In this document: piece after piece, positions 8,932 through 18,180 of the stretch
Layout of the letters: each line of letters begins with the position of its first letter
Numbering within the stretch: the first letter of the stretch is position 1
Virus record (IMG/VR): IMGVR_UViG_3300031521_000030
Coordinates: 33,129-97,128 of that record
DNA from: a virus
Reading direction: 5' to 3' (one strand)
Length of the DNA stretch: 64,000 nucleotides
The notes under the pieces: generated by a model
The model's input: the letters and a program-made list of their open reading frames with translations, nothing else
The model's database searches: none
What the model was told of the DNA's origin: nothing
Program-made: the position numbers and the translations under genes

Positions 8932-9395
8932 TCTTTACCCCCGAGCAATCAGCGGCAGCCCTCAACGCCTCCGTCGCCCGGCAAGAGGCGGGGAATTTTG
9001 AGGTTTACACGCACCTCTTCGATATGGGGAGCCATGAAGTAACATGGGACATCCATGGCATCAAGCACACCATGGCCCGCCGGGCGGCCCTGCACCCCGA
9101 GCGCATGGTTGACCTTCCCCCGGCTGCGGTTGCCATGTTTTACGGCATGCGGACGGAATGGGATGACGGCGACCACCTCTACGCCATGGGCGTGGACCTT
9201 GCCAATCCAATCATCATCATCGACCACCCCAGCAATGGCCGCCGGTTTGCCGAGCCCGGCTTCCCCCCGTTCCTCATCATTGATGGTTGGCACCGCATTA
9301 TCCGGGCCTTTGGGGAGGGGAAAGGGTTGCGGGGTTTCATTTTAACAGAGGAGGAAGAAAGGTTGCATAGGCGGCAGGATGTCATCATGGTATAG
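8928..9395 (+). CDS. ParB/Srx-like N-terminal domain protein
   Basis: LANPIIII...FLIIDGWHRIIRA matches the ParB-N GxxR motif. Confidence 0.65.
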   Translation: MIFTPEQSAAALNASVARQEAGNFEVYTHLFDMGSHEVTWDIHGIKHTMARRAALHPERMVDLPPAAVAMFYGMRTEWDDGDHLYAMGVDLANPIIIIDHPSNGRRFAEPGFPPFLIIDGWHRIIRAFGEGKGLRGFILTEEEERLHRRQDVIMV

Positions 9396-9417
9396 GCCAA
9401 ACGAATTTTGCATAGGG

Positions 9418-9450
9418 AGGGCACTTGGGGAAACCTGAGTGTCCTTTTTT
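9418..9450 (+). terminator. intrinsic terminator
   Basis: AGGGCACTTGGG/CCTGAGTGTCCT stem plus T-run. Confidence 0.7.
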
Positions 9451-9451
9451 G

Positions 9452-9480
9452 TTGCCAATTATACGGTTAAGCATTAACGT
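9452..9480 (+). promoter_or_regulatory. promoter/operator (TTGCCA-N17-TAACGT)
   Basis: TTGCCAATTATACGGTTAA. Confidence 0.7.
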
Positions 9481-9525
9481 GGCCTTCTATGCGAACCATC
9501 TATAAACTGCGGGGGGCCTTTTAAC

Positions 9526-9930
9526 ATGGACGGATACGATGAGGAGGAGCAATCCATCACCATGGCCAGTGTCCTGCTCGATATGGCACGGAGGGGGTTG
9601 CCTTGCCAATCCATGGTCCTCACGCCAAACGTGGAAACCGGGCGGGAGATGTTTACCACCATCTTCCTGCTTGGCCCTGATGCGTTGAAGCGGGCGGGGG
9701 CCTTCCTCCCCTTGTTCATGCACTACCAACAACCCCCCGGCAAATTCATGCTGCAACTCGCGGCAAGCGACCCCATCATATTCATCTGCGAGTGGATGAG
9801 GGAAACCCGCCACCCGTGGTCCAAGGTTGTAACCATCTTTGGGGGCACGCCGTTCATCCACCTGTCCTTCTATGGGGAGTCCATTGCCAAGGAAGCCCTT
9901 GGTATCTTCGCAAACATTGTGGAGCTTTGA
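9526..9930 (+). CDS. hypothetical protein
   Basis: ORF. Confidence 0.55.
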   Translation: MDGYDEEEQSITMASVLLDMARRGLPCQSMVLTPNVETGREMFTTIFLLGPDALKRAGAFLPLFMHYQQPPGKFMLQLAASDPIIFICEWMRETRHPWSKVVTIFGGTPFIHLSFYGESIAKEALGIFANIVEL

Positions 9931-9939
9931 TGAAATCCC

Positions 9940-9968
9940 TTGCCAATTAGTCGGTTAAACCCTATCCA
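9940..9968 (+). promoter_or_regulatory. promoter/operator copy
   Basis: TTGCCAATTAGTCGGTTAA. Confidence 0.65.
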
Positions 9969-9977
9969 TTCGTAATG

Positions 9978-9993
9978 CTGCAACAAGTTGCAG
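9978..9993. repeat. 16-bp palindrome copy 6
   Basis: CTGCAACAAGTTGCAG, intergenic. Confidence 0.9.
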
Positions 9994-10020
9994 TAAACTA
10001 AAAACCAAAGGCCAACAACC

Positions 10021-10275
10021 ATGACCGCCACAATCCAAGACATCACAGACCACCTTGAAAACAAAGTGGAGACACTAACCCCAAACGACACCGTTGTGCT
10101 TACCGCGTTGCGGAAGTTTGAGCCGGACCATTTGGCGTGCATCCGGGAGTTGCCGGGCGGCAAGCTGGAAATCCTCACCATGCCGCCAACCAAACAAAAT
10201 ATCAGGCAAGCGGACTTGTGGGCTATGGCTTTCGGGTCTGTGCTGGGTATGCCCTATACGCCCCAACCCCTATGA
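10021..10275 (+). CDS. hypothetical protein
   Basis: ORF. Confidence 0.6.
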   Translation: MTATIQDITDHLENKVETLTPNDTVVLTALRKFEPDHLACIRELPGGKLEILTMPPTKQNIRQADLWAMAFGSVLGMPYTPQPL

Positions 10276-10610
10276 GTGAACTTCCCGCCGTAACCGTTGT
10301 GGCGCGGACAAGGAGCCGGGTTGAGCCAACCCCCGTCCCCGTCGTTGCCGTCCCAACCGTTGCCGTCCGCGTCCGAACCCGACCGGCACCCCCGGTGGTT
10401 GCCCGCATTACCAACAAGCCCCGCAAACTTGGGGACCCCCGCAAGCCATTGTGGGAGATTTGGGGAAGGCCCCCCGGCAAGACCGGCCCGGTTATGTATT
10501 GCGCGGAATACCATGCCGACACCGAAGCCGGGGTTAGGGCGCTGTGGGTCAACAACTTTGTCGATCAAGATTATGAAATTCTATCCCTCTGCCTTGCCAA
10601 ATCCAAATGA
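10272..10610 (+). CDS. hypothetical protein with V/P/R-rich N-terminus
   Basis: ATGA overlap, MSELPAV start. Confidence 0.55.
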   Translation: MSELPAVTVVARTRSRVEPTPVPVVAVPTVAVRVRTRPAPPVVARITNKPRKLGDPRKPLWEIWGRPPGKTGPVMYCAEYHADTEAGVRALWVNNFVDQDYEILSLCLAKSK

Positions 10611-11173
10611 GCCAACCTATGCCCTTTGATGCCCAAAAAGCCGTCCTTGATATGGCGGAAGCAATCTTCGAGGCATCCTACCCCGAAATCCCAAAGCACA
10701 AGGGATGCGTCTTTTGGGCGTCCGCCATGGCCCAATCACTCACAACCTTTGGCGTGCAAGCCCGACTTTGCGCGGGGTCCGCCCAATGGTTGTTCCGGCC
10801 CCTGCCACCGGGCGATGGCCCCAATGCCTTCTCCTACGTGTTTGATACGAAGGAGGCATTCGCCCAACTTGAGCGGGGGATGCTCCCCGAGATGCACGCA
10901 TGGGTTATCCTTGGGACCGAGCATAGGGACTCGTCGAAGGTCACCATCGTTGATGCAAGCAGCAAATACCAACCGCAACAAGCCAAGGAGATGTGCGGTT
11001 ACGATTGGCACCCGGACTACATGCCACCGGCTTGGCTTTGGATGACTTTGCCGGAGATGGCCAAACAAGAGCAGGTCCTCTATATGCCGGACATGACTGC
11101 CACAACTATGGTCCGAGGCTTCCTTCAATCCTACCACCTCAGAAAATATGGCAAGTCTCCCAGCATTTATTGA
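10607..11173 (+). CDS. putative transglutaminase/papain-like Cys-His-Asp enzyme
   Basis: GCVFWASA...EMHAWVIL...IVDAS triad spacing. Confidence 0.55.
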   Translation: MSQPMPFDAQKAVLDMAEAIFEASYPEIPKHKGCVFWASAMAQSLTTFGVQARLCAGSAQWLFRPLPPGDGPNAFSYVFDTKEAFAQLERGMLPEMHAWVILGTEHRDSSKVTIVDASSKYQPQQAKEMCGYDWHPDYMPPAWLWMTLPEMAKQEQVLYMPDMTATTMVRGFLQSYHLRKYGKSPSIY

Positions 11174-12161
11174 ATTGACCCGGACGGTCCTCTATAACCG
11201 CCAACCCGGCCACGATAAGGTTTATGTCGTTGCCCTGATGGCAAGCACGGTTATCCACCAAGGGGAGCCCCGAGCCTTCACGGTGCAATGCTCCAACGGT
11301 CGCCGGAGCGTCTATGATGCGGGCAACGAGTTGACGGGGGCCAAAATCCAAGCGTTCCCCGTTGGGTGGGCCGGGGGCCAAGGGGCCTTCCGGGAGGCGG
11401 TGGGATTCTTCGATAGGACGATCAATGACAAGGTTCTGACAAAGCAATACACAGCCCGCCCCGATGGCCTAACCCCAATGATGCCCCTCGCATGCGATGC
11501 GGGCTTGTGGCGGTTTGTAGCTTTGGACGACCCCCTCTATGGTGCCACCCTATTCAATGCGGTCTGCCTCAAGATCATTGCAACCGTCCGGCAGATGAAC
11601 ACGGAGCGCATTGCCGCCCAAACCGCCCTTGATGATCCCATGAACGAGGCGGGGCTTGTGACCGGCAACGAAAACCATGACGTAAATTGCTCATGCGCCC
11701 AATGCCGACTCATCCATCAGTTCTCCCATTGGGACAAGGATGATAGGAAGGTGCTGCCAACCTCACCCCATAACGTCCCCAACCGGGAGCAACTGGCCGA
11801 AATCCAACGGGCCACCCGCCTTGCTGAAATCCTCAAAGAAGCGGCAGAGCCCTTGCTAAACAAGCCGGGCATGTCACGTGCCCGCCTGTTGCAGTTGACC
11901 CAAGAGGTCCGGGACATGGTTGAGCGCCCCACCCGCCTACGCAACTTCCTCCTCCCCTTGCAATTGTTTGTGGAGGACCGGGGCTTGGAAGCAAGCATCC
12001 CCTTGCTGCGGGTTTTCGATGAGGCCCTGACCAAATATATGTCGGGGAACTCCGATTGGGCGGTCATGCCCGAGGCGGTCATGCGGGCCGAGGCTATGGA
12101 GATCATCCGGGTCCATAGGAACCCGGCCATGTTCCCCCGCAAAAGGATGATTGAGATGTGA
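11148..12161 (+). CDS. WGR-like domain protein, ends PRKRMIEM
   Basis: HDKVYVV...VQCSNGRRS...A..FF...I.DK..KQY. Confidence 0.6.
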   Translation: MASLPAFIELTRTVLYNRQPGHDKVYVVALMASTVIHQGEPRAFTVQCSNGRRSVYDAGNELTGAKIQAFPVGWAGGQGAFREAVGFFDRTINDKVLTKQYTARPDGLTPMMPLACDAGLWRFVALDDPLYGATLFNAVCLKIIATVRQMNTERIAAQTALDDPMNEAGLVTGNENHDVNCSCAQCRLIHQFSHWDKDDRKVLPTSPHNVPNREQLAEIQRATRLAEILKEAAEPLLNKPGMSRARLLQLTQEVRDMVERPTRLRNFLLPLQLFVEDRGLEASIPLLRVFDEALTKYMSGNSDWAVMPEAVMRAEAMEIIRVHRNPAMFPRKRMIEM

Positions 12162-12166
12162 GGGTT

Positions 12167-12185
12167 TCCCCAATGAGTCGGTTAA
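12167..12185 (+). promoter_or_regulatory. operator-like copy lacking an intact -35
   Basis: TCCCCAATGAGTCGGTTAA. Confidence 0.5.
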
Positions 12186-12233
12186 AGAAAAGCCGGTTGT
12201 AGGGGAAAAACGGGTGATGGGGTAAGAAACTCC

Positions 12234-12262
12234 TTGCCAATTAGTCGGTTAAACCATAAAGC
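12234..12262 (+). promoter_or_regulatory. promoter/operator copy
   Basis: TTGCCAATTAGTCGGTTAA. Confidence 0.65.
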
Positions 12263-12281
12263 ATCAGGTAGTTACAAACTT

Positions 12282-12689
12282 ATGCCATACCGAATCCTCC
12301 ACCTCTCAACCGGCACAAAGCTCCCCGTAGAGCCCACCGAGTTGGGGGCGCAATCCGCCGCTACGGCGTTCCTGCAAAAGCAACTCGAAAGTTCCCTCCG
12401 GGGCCGGGCTCTACTTTCCAACCTCAAAAACAAGCGCGTCTCATGGGCCTACGCCAAACGCTTCATCCTTGTTGAGAGGATCAAAGCGGGGTGGGTCCAA
12501 ACCCGCAACGGGCGCATCGTCCCGGACATGCGGGACCTCTCCGACGCCGACGACTGCCTCCTATTTGTGGTAGGGGACAACAACCGCCACCTCGGCACCT
12601 ATGACACAACCGAGGAAGCATTCATCGACGCCAAGAATTTCAAGTCCTACGACGCCAGCCGCGTTTCCAAGTTTCTTATCATCCCATGA
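12282..12689 (+). CDS. hypothetical protein
   Basis: MPYRILH start downstream of the promoter. Confidence 0.55.
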   Translation: MPYRILHLSTGTKLPVEPTELGAQSAATAFLQKQLESSLRGRALLSNLKNKRVSWAYAKRFILVERIKAGWVQTRNGRIVPDMRDLSDADDCLLFVVGDNNRHLGTYDTTEEAFIDAKNFKSYDASRVSKFLIIP

Positions 12690-12934
12690 ACCAACCAGCA
12701 TATATCATCAAAGTTGCCCCCAAGGGGGAAGCCACGCACACCATTGACACCCTCAACCCTCGGGTCCGGGGTGAACGCAAATGGGAGCCCCAACGCTACC
12801 TCAATGTCAACGGGGAGGTGGGCCAAGCCGGGCTGCAATCCTTTGCAATTGTCAACGGGTTGGCAAGCGGGCGGGACTTTGAACGCAGCCGGGTCCGCAT
12901 CGCCCCCATCGTTTCCCGCCCGAGGGCCTACTAA
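12686..12934 (+). CDS. hypothetical protein
   Basis: ATGA overlap. Confidence 0.5.
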   Translation: MNQPAYIIKVAPKGEATHTIDTLNPRVRGERKWEPQRYLNVNGEVGQAGLQSFAIVNGLASGRDFERSRVRIAPIVSRPRAY

Positions 12935-13042
12935 ATGAGGGCACCAAAACCAACCGCGTGGGAATGGGCCAAGGAGATCACCGGGGCAATTTGCTTTTTC
13001 ATCTTCCTTGCCGCCTTCCTGTTTGCGATGTGCGCCCTATGA
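12935..13042 (+). CDS. 35-aa single-TM peptide (not in ORF track)
   Basis: MRAPKPTAWEWAKEITGAICFFIFLAAFLFAMCAL fills the gap exactly. Confidence 0.45.
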   Translation: MRAPKPTAWEWAKEITGAICFFIFLAAFLFAMCAL

Positions 13043-13434
13043 ATCCCGCAACAACCAGCTTCCCCCCGGTGGGGCTTGATTGTGCCGATTGTGGTCAACC
13101 CCAATACCAAACCCCGAGTGGCCCATGCTGCATCAATGGGCACGGCGGGGCCGATGGGATTCCCCATGGACCCCAAACCCCGAAGGATAATGCCGCCCAA
13201 CTCAGCGACCTTGAAATGGATGCCATGATTGAGGCCGTCTATTGGCGCTGGCGCTTATGGGGGGCCGCCGAGGTGCTAGAGGGCAATGCGGAAAGTATCC
13301 CCATGCAGTTCACAACCTTGGAGCCTATCATCGAGAAGACCCTTGATGCTTTGCGGCTTGACCTTGGCCCGGTAGAACGCGCCCGGTTCGTGCATAAGCT
13401 CCAAGTCCGAGCCCTCTTTAACTCCCCCGTCTAA
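13039..13434 (+). CDS. hypothetical protein with small Zn ribbon
   Basis: CADCGQPQYQTPSGPCCINGH. Confidence 0.55.
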   Translation: MNPATTSFPPVGLDCADCGQPQYQTPSGPCCINGHGGADGIPHGPQTPKDNAAQLSDLEMDAMIEAVYWRWRLWGAAEVLEGNAESIPMQFTTLEPIIEKTLDALRLDLGPVERARFVHKLQVRALFNSPV

Positions 13435-13709
13435 TGCTCACCCAACGCGACAAGTGGCTTGTCTTTGGCCTTGGCATCAAAACCCTCAAGGGCGGGATGC
13501 GATCCTATGAGGTGACCCAAGACATAGTGCCCGCCCCCACCAAGGAGGAGGCATTGGAGAGAACCTTTGATGCCCGCAGCAAGGAATACCCGGAGTTCAT
13601 TCTCCAAGACGCCGAGTTGCTCATTGATACCATGTGGACCCAGCGCAAACTTTATGATGAAAAAGTCGAAGTAACCGAGCACCGCTTTGCAACCCGAACA
13701 CAATGCTAA
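13434..13709 (+). CDS. hypothetical protein
   Basis: TAATG overlap. Confidence 0.55.
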   Translation: MLTQRDKWLVFGLGIKTLKGGMRSYEVTQDIVPAPTKEEALERTFDARSKEYPEFILQDAELLIDTMWTQRKLYDEKVEVTEHRFATRTQC

Positions 13710-13713
13710 CCCG

Positions 13714-13729
13714 CTGCAACTTGTTGCAG
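13714..13729. repeat. 16-bp palindrome copy 7
   Basis: CTGCAACTTGTTGCAG, intergenic. Confidence 0.9.
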
Positions 13730-13748
13730 TAAAAACCAACGCCAACTC

Positions 13749-14276
13749 ATGCAGATATTCATTCCCGACATCGGAACCCAACTCCAACTCATCCAGTCAT
13801 GGGCCTTTGTAATCCATCTGGAAAGGCGCAACGCCCCTCTCCTCCTAGCCAGCGGCCTAAGCAAGTTCATCACCCTTGGGTCCGTCCCCGGCTACGATGA
13901 GGACTCCCGCAAGCAACGCGAGGGACAAATCCAAACCACCGGGGACGGTTGGTATAGCCACCATCCGGTTTCCTTCCGGGGCCGGTGCATGTCAAAGCAA
14001 TCCCACGCCCATTATTTCAGTCTCGAAACCACGGCGCTGGAACTCATTGCACTCCCCAAAGGTGCCGTTCTAACGGTTGACCGCATTTATATCCGGCGGG
14101 GGATGTCGGCATACTCCTCGATTTCCTTCCGCATTGCAAAAGGCACCATGAGCACCATTGCCCATGCAACGGGAACCGAGCCCTTTGCCTCCAAGAAGGT
14201 GGTTCGGTTTTGGGCAAAGCTCGCCGATGTCAATACCATGCAAGCCATTGCGCTTTCAGAATGGGAGGCCAAATGA
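13749..14276 (+). CDS. conserved phage hypothetical protein
   Basis: LPKGAVLTVDRIYIRRG..YSSISF...RFWAKLADVN pattern recalled from large-phage proteins. Confidence 0.65.
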   Translation: MQIFIPDIGTQLQLIQSWAFVIHLERRNAPLLLASGLSKFITLGSVPGYDEDSRKQREGQIQTTGDGWYSHHPVSFRGRCMSKQSHAHYFSLETTALELIALPKGAVLTVDRIYIRRGMSAYSSISFRIAKGTMSTIAHATGTEPFASKKVVRFWAKLADVNTMQAIALSEWEAK

Positions 14277-15607
14277 GCCTCGGCATTAACCCCCTCCAAA
14301 TAACCCTCGAAGAGATGGGTGTCACAGCCAGCCAATTCACCCACCACACCCCCGCGCATGGGGCCGGGCATGTCAATCGGGTCATCTATTTGTCCCTCCT
14401 CCTCTGCAAGACGATGGGTTGGCCGGAGCTTATGCCCGCTGCATGGGCCGCTGCCTATATCCATGACCTCTCCCGCCGGGGCGATGGCCCCGACCCGGAC
14501 CATGGGATGCGGGCGGTTGAGGAGCAAATTATCCGGCACCTCACCCTCTTTCGCAAAGTGGGGGTCCGGCGGGAGGACTACTTTGACATTAGCGAGGCGG
14601 TTTCACTCCATTGCACCAAGGCGGAAGGGGATAACCGGATTCTGCGAATCCTCAAGGATGCCGATGCCCTTGACCGCGTGCGCTTCGACGCCCCCGATGC
14701 CTTGGACCCTAAGATGCTTCGGCTAGAGCACTCGCCCTACTTTGTGCAGCAAGCCCGCCGGTTGTTCGTGGAAACCCACACCGAAAATGGGGACCAACAG
14801 TTTCCAGCGGTTTGGGATAAGGCGGTGCTTGAGTTCAACCCCCACATCGGGTTGGCCGCCACCATGCCGGACGAATGGGATGAAGAGGAAACCCCGGCCA
14901 ACCGGGCGATGCGGAGGGCGTTGCAAGGCCAATATGGTAGCCGCATCATCCCCCATTTGATGAGCGCACCTCTTTGGCTTTTGGTTGAGCAATGGTTTGA
15001 CGCCGTGCCCGGCCTATGCAACCACTTCCCCAAGGTCCCCGAACTTCTCGCGTCCATGCCGGACCCATTGGCCAACCATGCCTACACCTTCATGCGTGAG
15101 GAGAGCTATGTAAAGTTCCTCCAAGATGGGCAATTCCAGTCCCTTTGGGAACTCCGGGCCAACGCATGGCATTCCTGCTACAATGACTTCCCCAAGGATG
15201 GCCGGGCGTTTACCGAGCGGAGGTTATACGGGGAAAAGGCATTGCATCTCACCTGCGGGGTTTTGCTGGACCCCAACAATTTGGAAGCAATGTCTGAAAA
15301 GTCCACCGCCCTTGCCCGCATGTATGGCACCCGGCGGATTGAGTGGGATGATTCCGTCCTCAAGGGGGCAACCTTTACCCTCGGGGATAGCCAGAGCAAT
15401 GCGTCCGTCATGCCTTACTCCCATAGCAACCTGCAAAAGGTAATGACCCTGCGGTTGGTCATGCAGATGGCCGTAACCAAGGGCTTGGACTATAAGCGGC
15501 TGGAAGGTTGGCACCCCTACCTCATGCCCCTCAACTTTATTGAAACCCAAATCCACGCCCGCCTAACCCCCGGCGACGTAGCCGATTCCACCCTCCTCCA
15601 TGGTTAG
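14273..15607 (+). CDS. HD-domain phosphohydrolase fused to DUF3626-like domain
   Basis: HGAGHVNRV...YIHDLSR..D...HG...LKDADALDRVRF; C-terminal ATFTLGDS...FIETQIHA. Confidence 0.7.
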   Translation: MSLGINPLQITLEEMGVTASQFTHHTPAHGAGHVNRVIYLSLLLCKTMGWPELMPAAWAAAYIHDLSRRGDGPDPDHGMRAVEEQIIRHLTLFRKVGVRREDYFDISEAVSLHCTKAEGDNRILRILKDADALDRVRFDAPDALDPKMLRLEHSPYFVQQARRLFVETHTENGDQQFPAVWDKAVLEFNPHIGLAATMPDEWDEEETPANRAMRRALQGQYGSRIIPHLMSAPLWLLVEQWFDAVPGLCNHFPKVPELLASMPDPLANHAYTFMREESYVKFLQDGQFQSLWELRANAWHSCYNDFPKDGRAFTERRLYGEKALHLTCGVLLDPNNLEAMSEKSTALARMYGTRRIEWDDSVLKGATFTLGDSQSNASVMPYSHSNLQKVMTLRLVMQMAVTKGLDYKRLEGWHPYLMPLNFIETQIHARLTPGDVADSTLLHG

Positions 15608-15610
15608 TCC

Positions 15611-15639
15611 TTGCCAATGACAGGGTTAAGGCCCATTCT
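15611..15639 (+). promoter_or_regulatory. promoter/operator copy
   Basis: TTGCCAATGACAGGGTTAA, N17, CATTCT. Confidence 0.65.
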
Positions 15640-15667
15640 CCAAAAACAACAAAAACCAACCGCCAAC

Positions 15668-16240
15668 ATGAACGAAACAACCGCAAAACCAAACGCAATC
15701 TTCCGGGGCATCAAGCACGCATTTCCCCTCCGGGATGTGACTATCATCAACCAGTTCCCCGAGCACTTCAATGTCTATGCCAACATCGTAGGGCAAGAGG
15801 GCCGGGGGGCCATTATCCTTGGGTTGGAGGAAGGTGCCCGCCTCCACGCCGAATGGGAAGCCTTCCGGGGTGCCAATGACCTGCCCCCAATGGTTGACCT
15901 TGAAATGGAAACCATGCTCGGGATAGTCATGGCCGAGCGGGACGAGTTCGCCGCCGAGCTTGCCCACGGGCACAACTGCCCCGTCTACCAAGAGGGCTCC
16001 CCAAGCAATGGGATGTGCTCTTGCACCCCCGCCGGGAAGGAAGAAGCCACCCAAATCCGCCGGGAAGCATACGACGCCCTAACCCGCCTCCACCTTTCGG
16101 CCCCGGTTGATGTCGCCGCAACCACCAACAACTCAGTCCGGGCCTACCTTGATTTCCTGCAAAGCCAAGTCGTCGCACAAGTCCGACTCCGCGTTGCCGC
16201 CGAGGAAGCCCTCGCAGCTATTAAATCCACCACACCATGA
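15668..16240 (+). CDS. hypothetical protein
   Basis: MNETTAK start. Confidence 0.6.
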   Translation: MNETTAKPNAIFRGIKHAFPLRDVTIINQFPEHFNVYANIVGQEGRGAIILGLEEGARLHAEWEAFRGANDLPPMVDLEMETMLGIVMAERDEFAAELAHGHNCPVYQEGSPSNGMCSCTPAGKEEATQIRREAYDALTRLHLSAPVDVAATTNNSVRAYLDFLQSQVVAQVRLRVAAEEALAAIKSTTP

Positions 16241-16704
16241 ACCCACCCATCGTCCTCAACGCCACAGTTTTTAACCCAAACACCCCGGAGAAAGTCCGGG
16301 ACATCATTGCGGGCAACATTGACTCATCTGCCCGCTTCCGGGTTGACTTTGGCGACCCCGCCACCGGATTTGGCGCGGGGGCAACCCATGGCAATGAGGG
16401 TTACTTCGCTCGCATTGGGGACGGTATGCCCGCGCTCCGGGCAACCAAGACGGCGGCCCCTCGGGGCATCATGGCCTCCCAAATCTTGGCCATCTGGTCA
16501 TCCGGGGGCAAGTTGCTGTTCCAAGTTGCGGGCTACCAACCCCGCTATGACTATGAGCGTTCAGTGATCCGCACCCGCAACCACAACCATGTTGTCCAAG
16601 CGTGGGACATCGTTGAGGGGAAGATGGTCGGCGTAGGAACCTACGCGGATAAAGGGCAAGCAATTCGCTGGCTTACCCGGATGAAGAAATTCAAATCGGA
16701 ATAA
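16237..16704 (+). CDS. hypothetical phage protein
   Basis: TPEKV...RFRVDFGDPATG; ATGA overlap. Confidence 0.6.
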   Translation: MNPPIVLNATVFNPNTPEKVRDIIAGNIDSSARFRVDFGDPATGFGAGATHGNEGYFARIGDGMPALRATKTAAPRGIMASQILAIWSSGGKLLFQVAGYQPRYDYERSVIRTRNHNHVVQAWDIVEGKMVGVGTYADKGQAIRWLTRMKKFKSE

Positions 16705-16808
16705 GGCAGAAACGGGAGCGATGGGGCCAACAATCCATCGCCCCCGCCCTGTGAGCGAGCACGAACGACGCCAACGTATCGCTCCCCCCCGGCAACCACA
16801 AGTTCAAA

Positions 16809-16824
16809 CTGCAACAAGTTGCAG
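16809..16824. repeat. 16-bp palindrome copy 8
   Basis: CTGCAACAAGTTGCAG upstream of thyA. Confidence 0.9.
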
Positions 16825-16844
16825 CGCAACAACCAAAAGCAAGC

Positions 16845-17648
16845 ATGAAACAATACCACGACCTACTCAAGTTGGTCCTCGACCAAGGCAAATTCAAGCC
16901 CGATAGAACGGGCACCGGAACCTACTCAGTCTTCGGGGCGCAAGCCCGGTTCGACCTAAGCCATGGGTTCCCCCTCCTAACCACCAAAAAGCTGCACCTC
17001 AAATCAATCATCCACGAACTGCTTTGGTTCTTGGCCGGGGAAACCAACGTGCGCTCCCTCCAAAAAGAGGGGGTCCATATTTGGGACGCATGGGCCGACC
17101 CGGATGGTGAGCTTGGTCCCGTCTATGGGAAGCAATGGCGTAGCTGGACCTACGAGGGTGGCAACATTGACCAAATCGCGGGTGTGATTTCGGAGATCAA
17201 GCGCAACCCGGACTCCCGCCGGTTGCTAGTCTCCGCGTGGAACCCGGCAGAGGTGGACGAGATGAAGCTCCCCCCATGCCACCTCCTCTTCCAATTTTAT
17301 GTCTGCAACGGGCGTCTATCCTGCCAGCTTTACCAGCGCAGCGCGGACCTCTTCCTTGGCGTGCCTTTCAACATTGCATCGTATGCCTTGTTGACCATGA
17401 TGATTGCTAAGGTTACCGGCTTGATCCCCGGCGATTTCGTCCACACGTTTGGGGACCTACATCTCTATGCCAACCACATGGAACAAGCCAAGGAACAACT
17501 CGCCCGCGAGGTGCGACCCTTGCCCCTCATGGCAATCAATTACCCGCTGAGTTGGGCCACCAAATCCATAGACGACTTCGTTTATGAGGACTTCACCCTC
17601 CTTGGCTATAACCCGCACCCCTCAATCAAAGCCCCCATCGCAATCTGA
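16845..17648 (+). CDS. thyA: thymidylate synthase
   Basis: [50 protein letters not shown]. Confidence 0.97.
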   Translation: MKQYHDLLKLVLDQGKFKPDRTGTGTYSVFGAQARFDLSHGFPLLTTKKLHLKSIIHELLWFLAGETNVRSLQKEGVHIWDAWADPDGELGPVYGKQWRSWTYEGGNIDQIAGVISEIKRNPDSRRLLVSAWNPAEVDEMKLPPCHLLFQFYVCNGRLSCQLYQRSADLFLGVPFNIASYALLTMMIAKVTGLIPGDFVHTFGDLHLYANHMEQAKEQLAREVRPLPLMAINYPLSWATKSIDDFVYEDFTLLGYNPHPSIKAPIAI

Positions 17649-17652
17649 TTTT

Positions 17653-18180
17653 ATGGCACTCAAATTCAAAGTAGGCGAAGTGGTAACCAAGCAAGGCGGG
17701 GACTATTCCTTTGCCGGGCCGGTGGTTGCCGCCTTCCATAAAGCATCCGGGGCCGACCGTTATGTTGTCGAAGATGACCGGGGCATCCTCCACATCTTTG
17801 GGCCGAGCAACCTTGTGCTTGCCCCCCTCCAACCCACAGGGGAACCGGCCACGGCCCAGCCCCCTATCCTTGACATTTACCGGCGGGTTTGGGACCGGCT
17901 CTCCGATGCCCAAAGGCAAGGAACCCTGCATGCAATGCGCACATGGTCCCCAAGGGAGTTTGAAGCCCTTGACGCCGAGCTTAAAAGCCGGGAAGGTGTC
18001 CGCACGGAAAACCCGTTCATGGTAACCAGCATGGTATGGGCGGGCGGCATGCCGCCAACAGTAACCGGCCCCATCCACAAGATTGTTTGCCAAGCCGGAT
18101 GCACGTATAGCAGGGGCATTAACCAACCCGTCCCCCGCCTATGCACCCATTGTGGCAAACCGGAGGGGACAAAGGCATGA
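17653..18180 (+). CDS. hypothetical protein (SH3-like N-terminus, C-terminal Zn ribbon)
   Basis: KFKVGEVVTKQGGDYSFAG...RYVVE; CTHCGK. Confidence 0.55.
   Translation: MALKFKVGEVVTKQGGDYSFAGPVVAAFHKASGADRYVVEDDRGILHIFGPSNLVLAPLQPTGEPATAQPPILDIYRRVWDRLSDAQRQGTLHAMRTWSPREFEALDAELKSREGVRTENPFMVTSMVWAGGMPPTVTGPIHKIVCQAGCTYSRGINQPVPRLCTHCGKPEGTKA

Noticed and set aside
9975-10001. Leaderless mini-ORF MLQQVAVN* spanning a palindrome
   Set aside because: Too short to support; its sequence is largely dictated by the palindrome.
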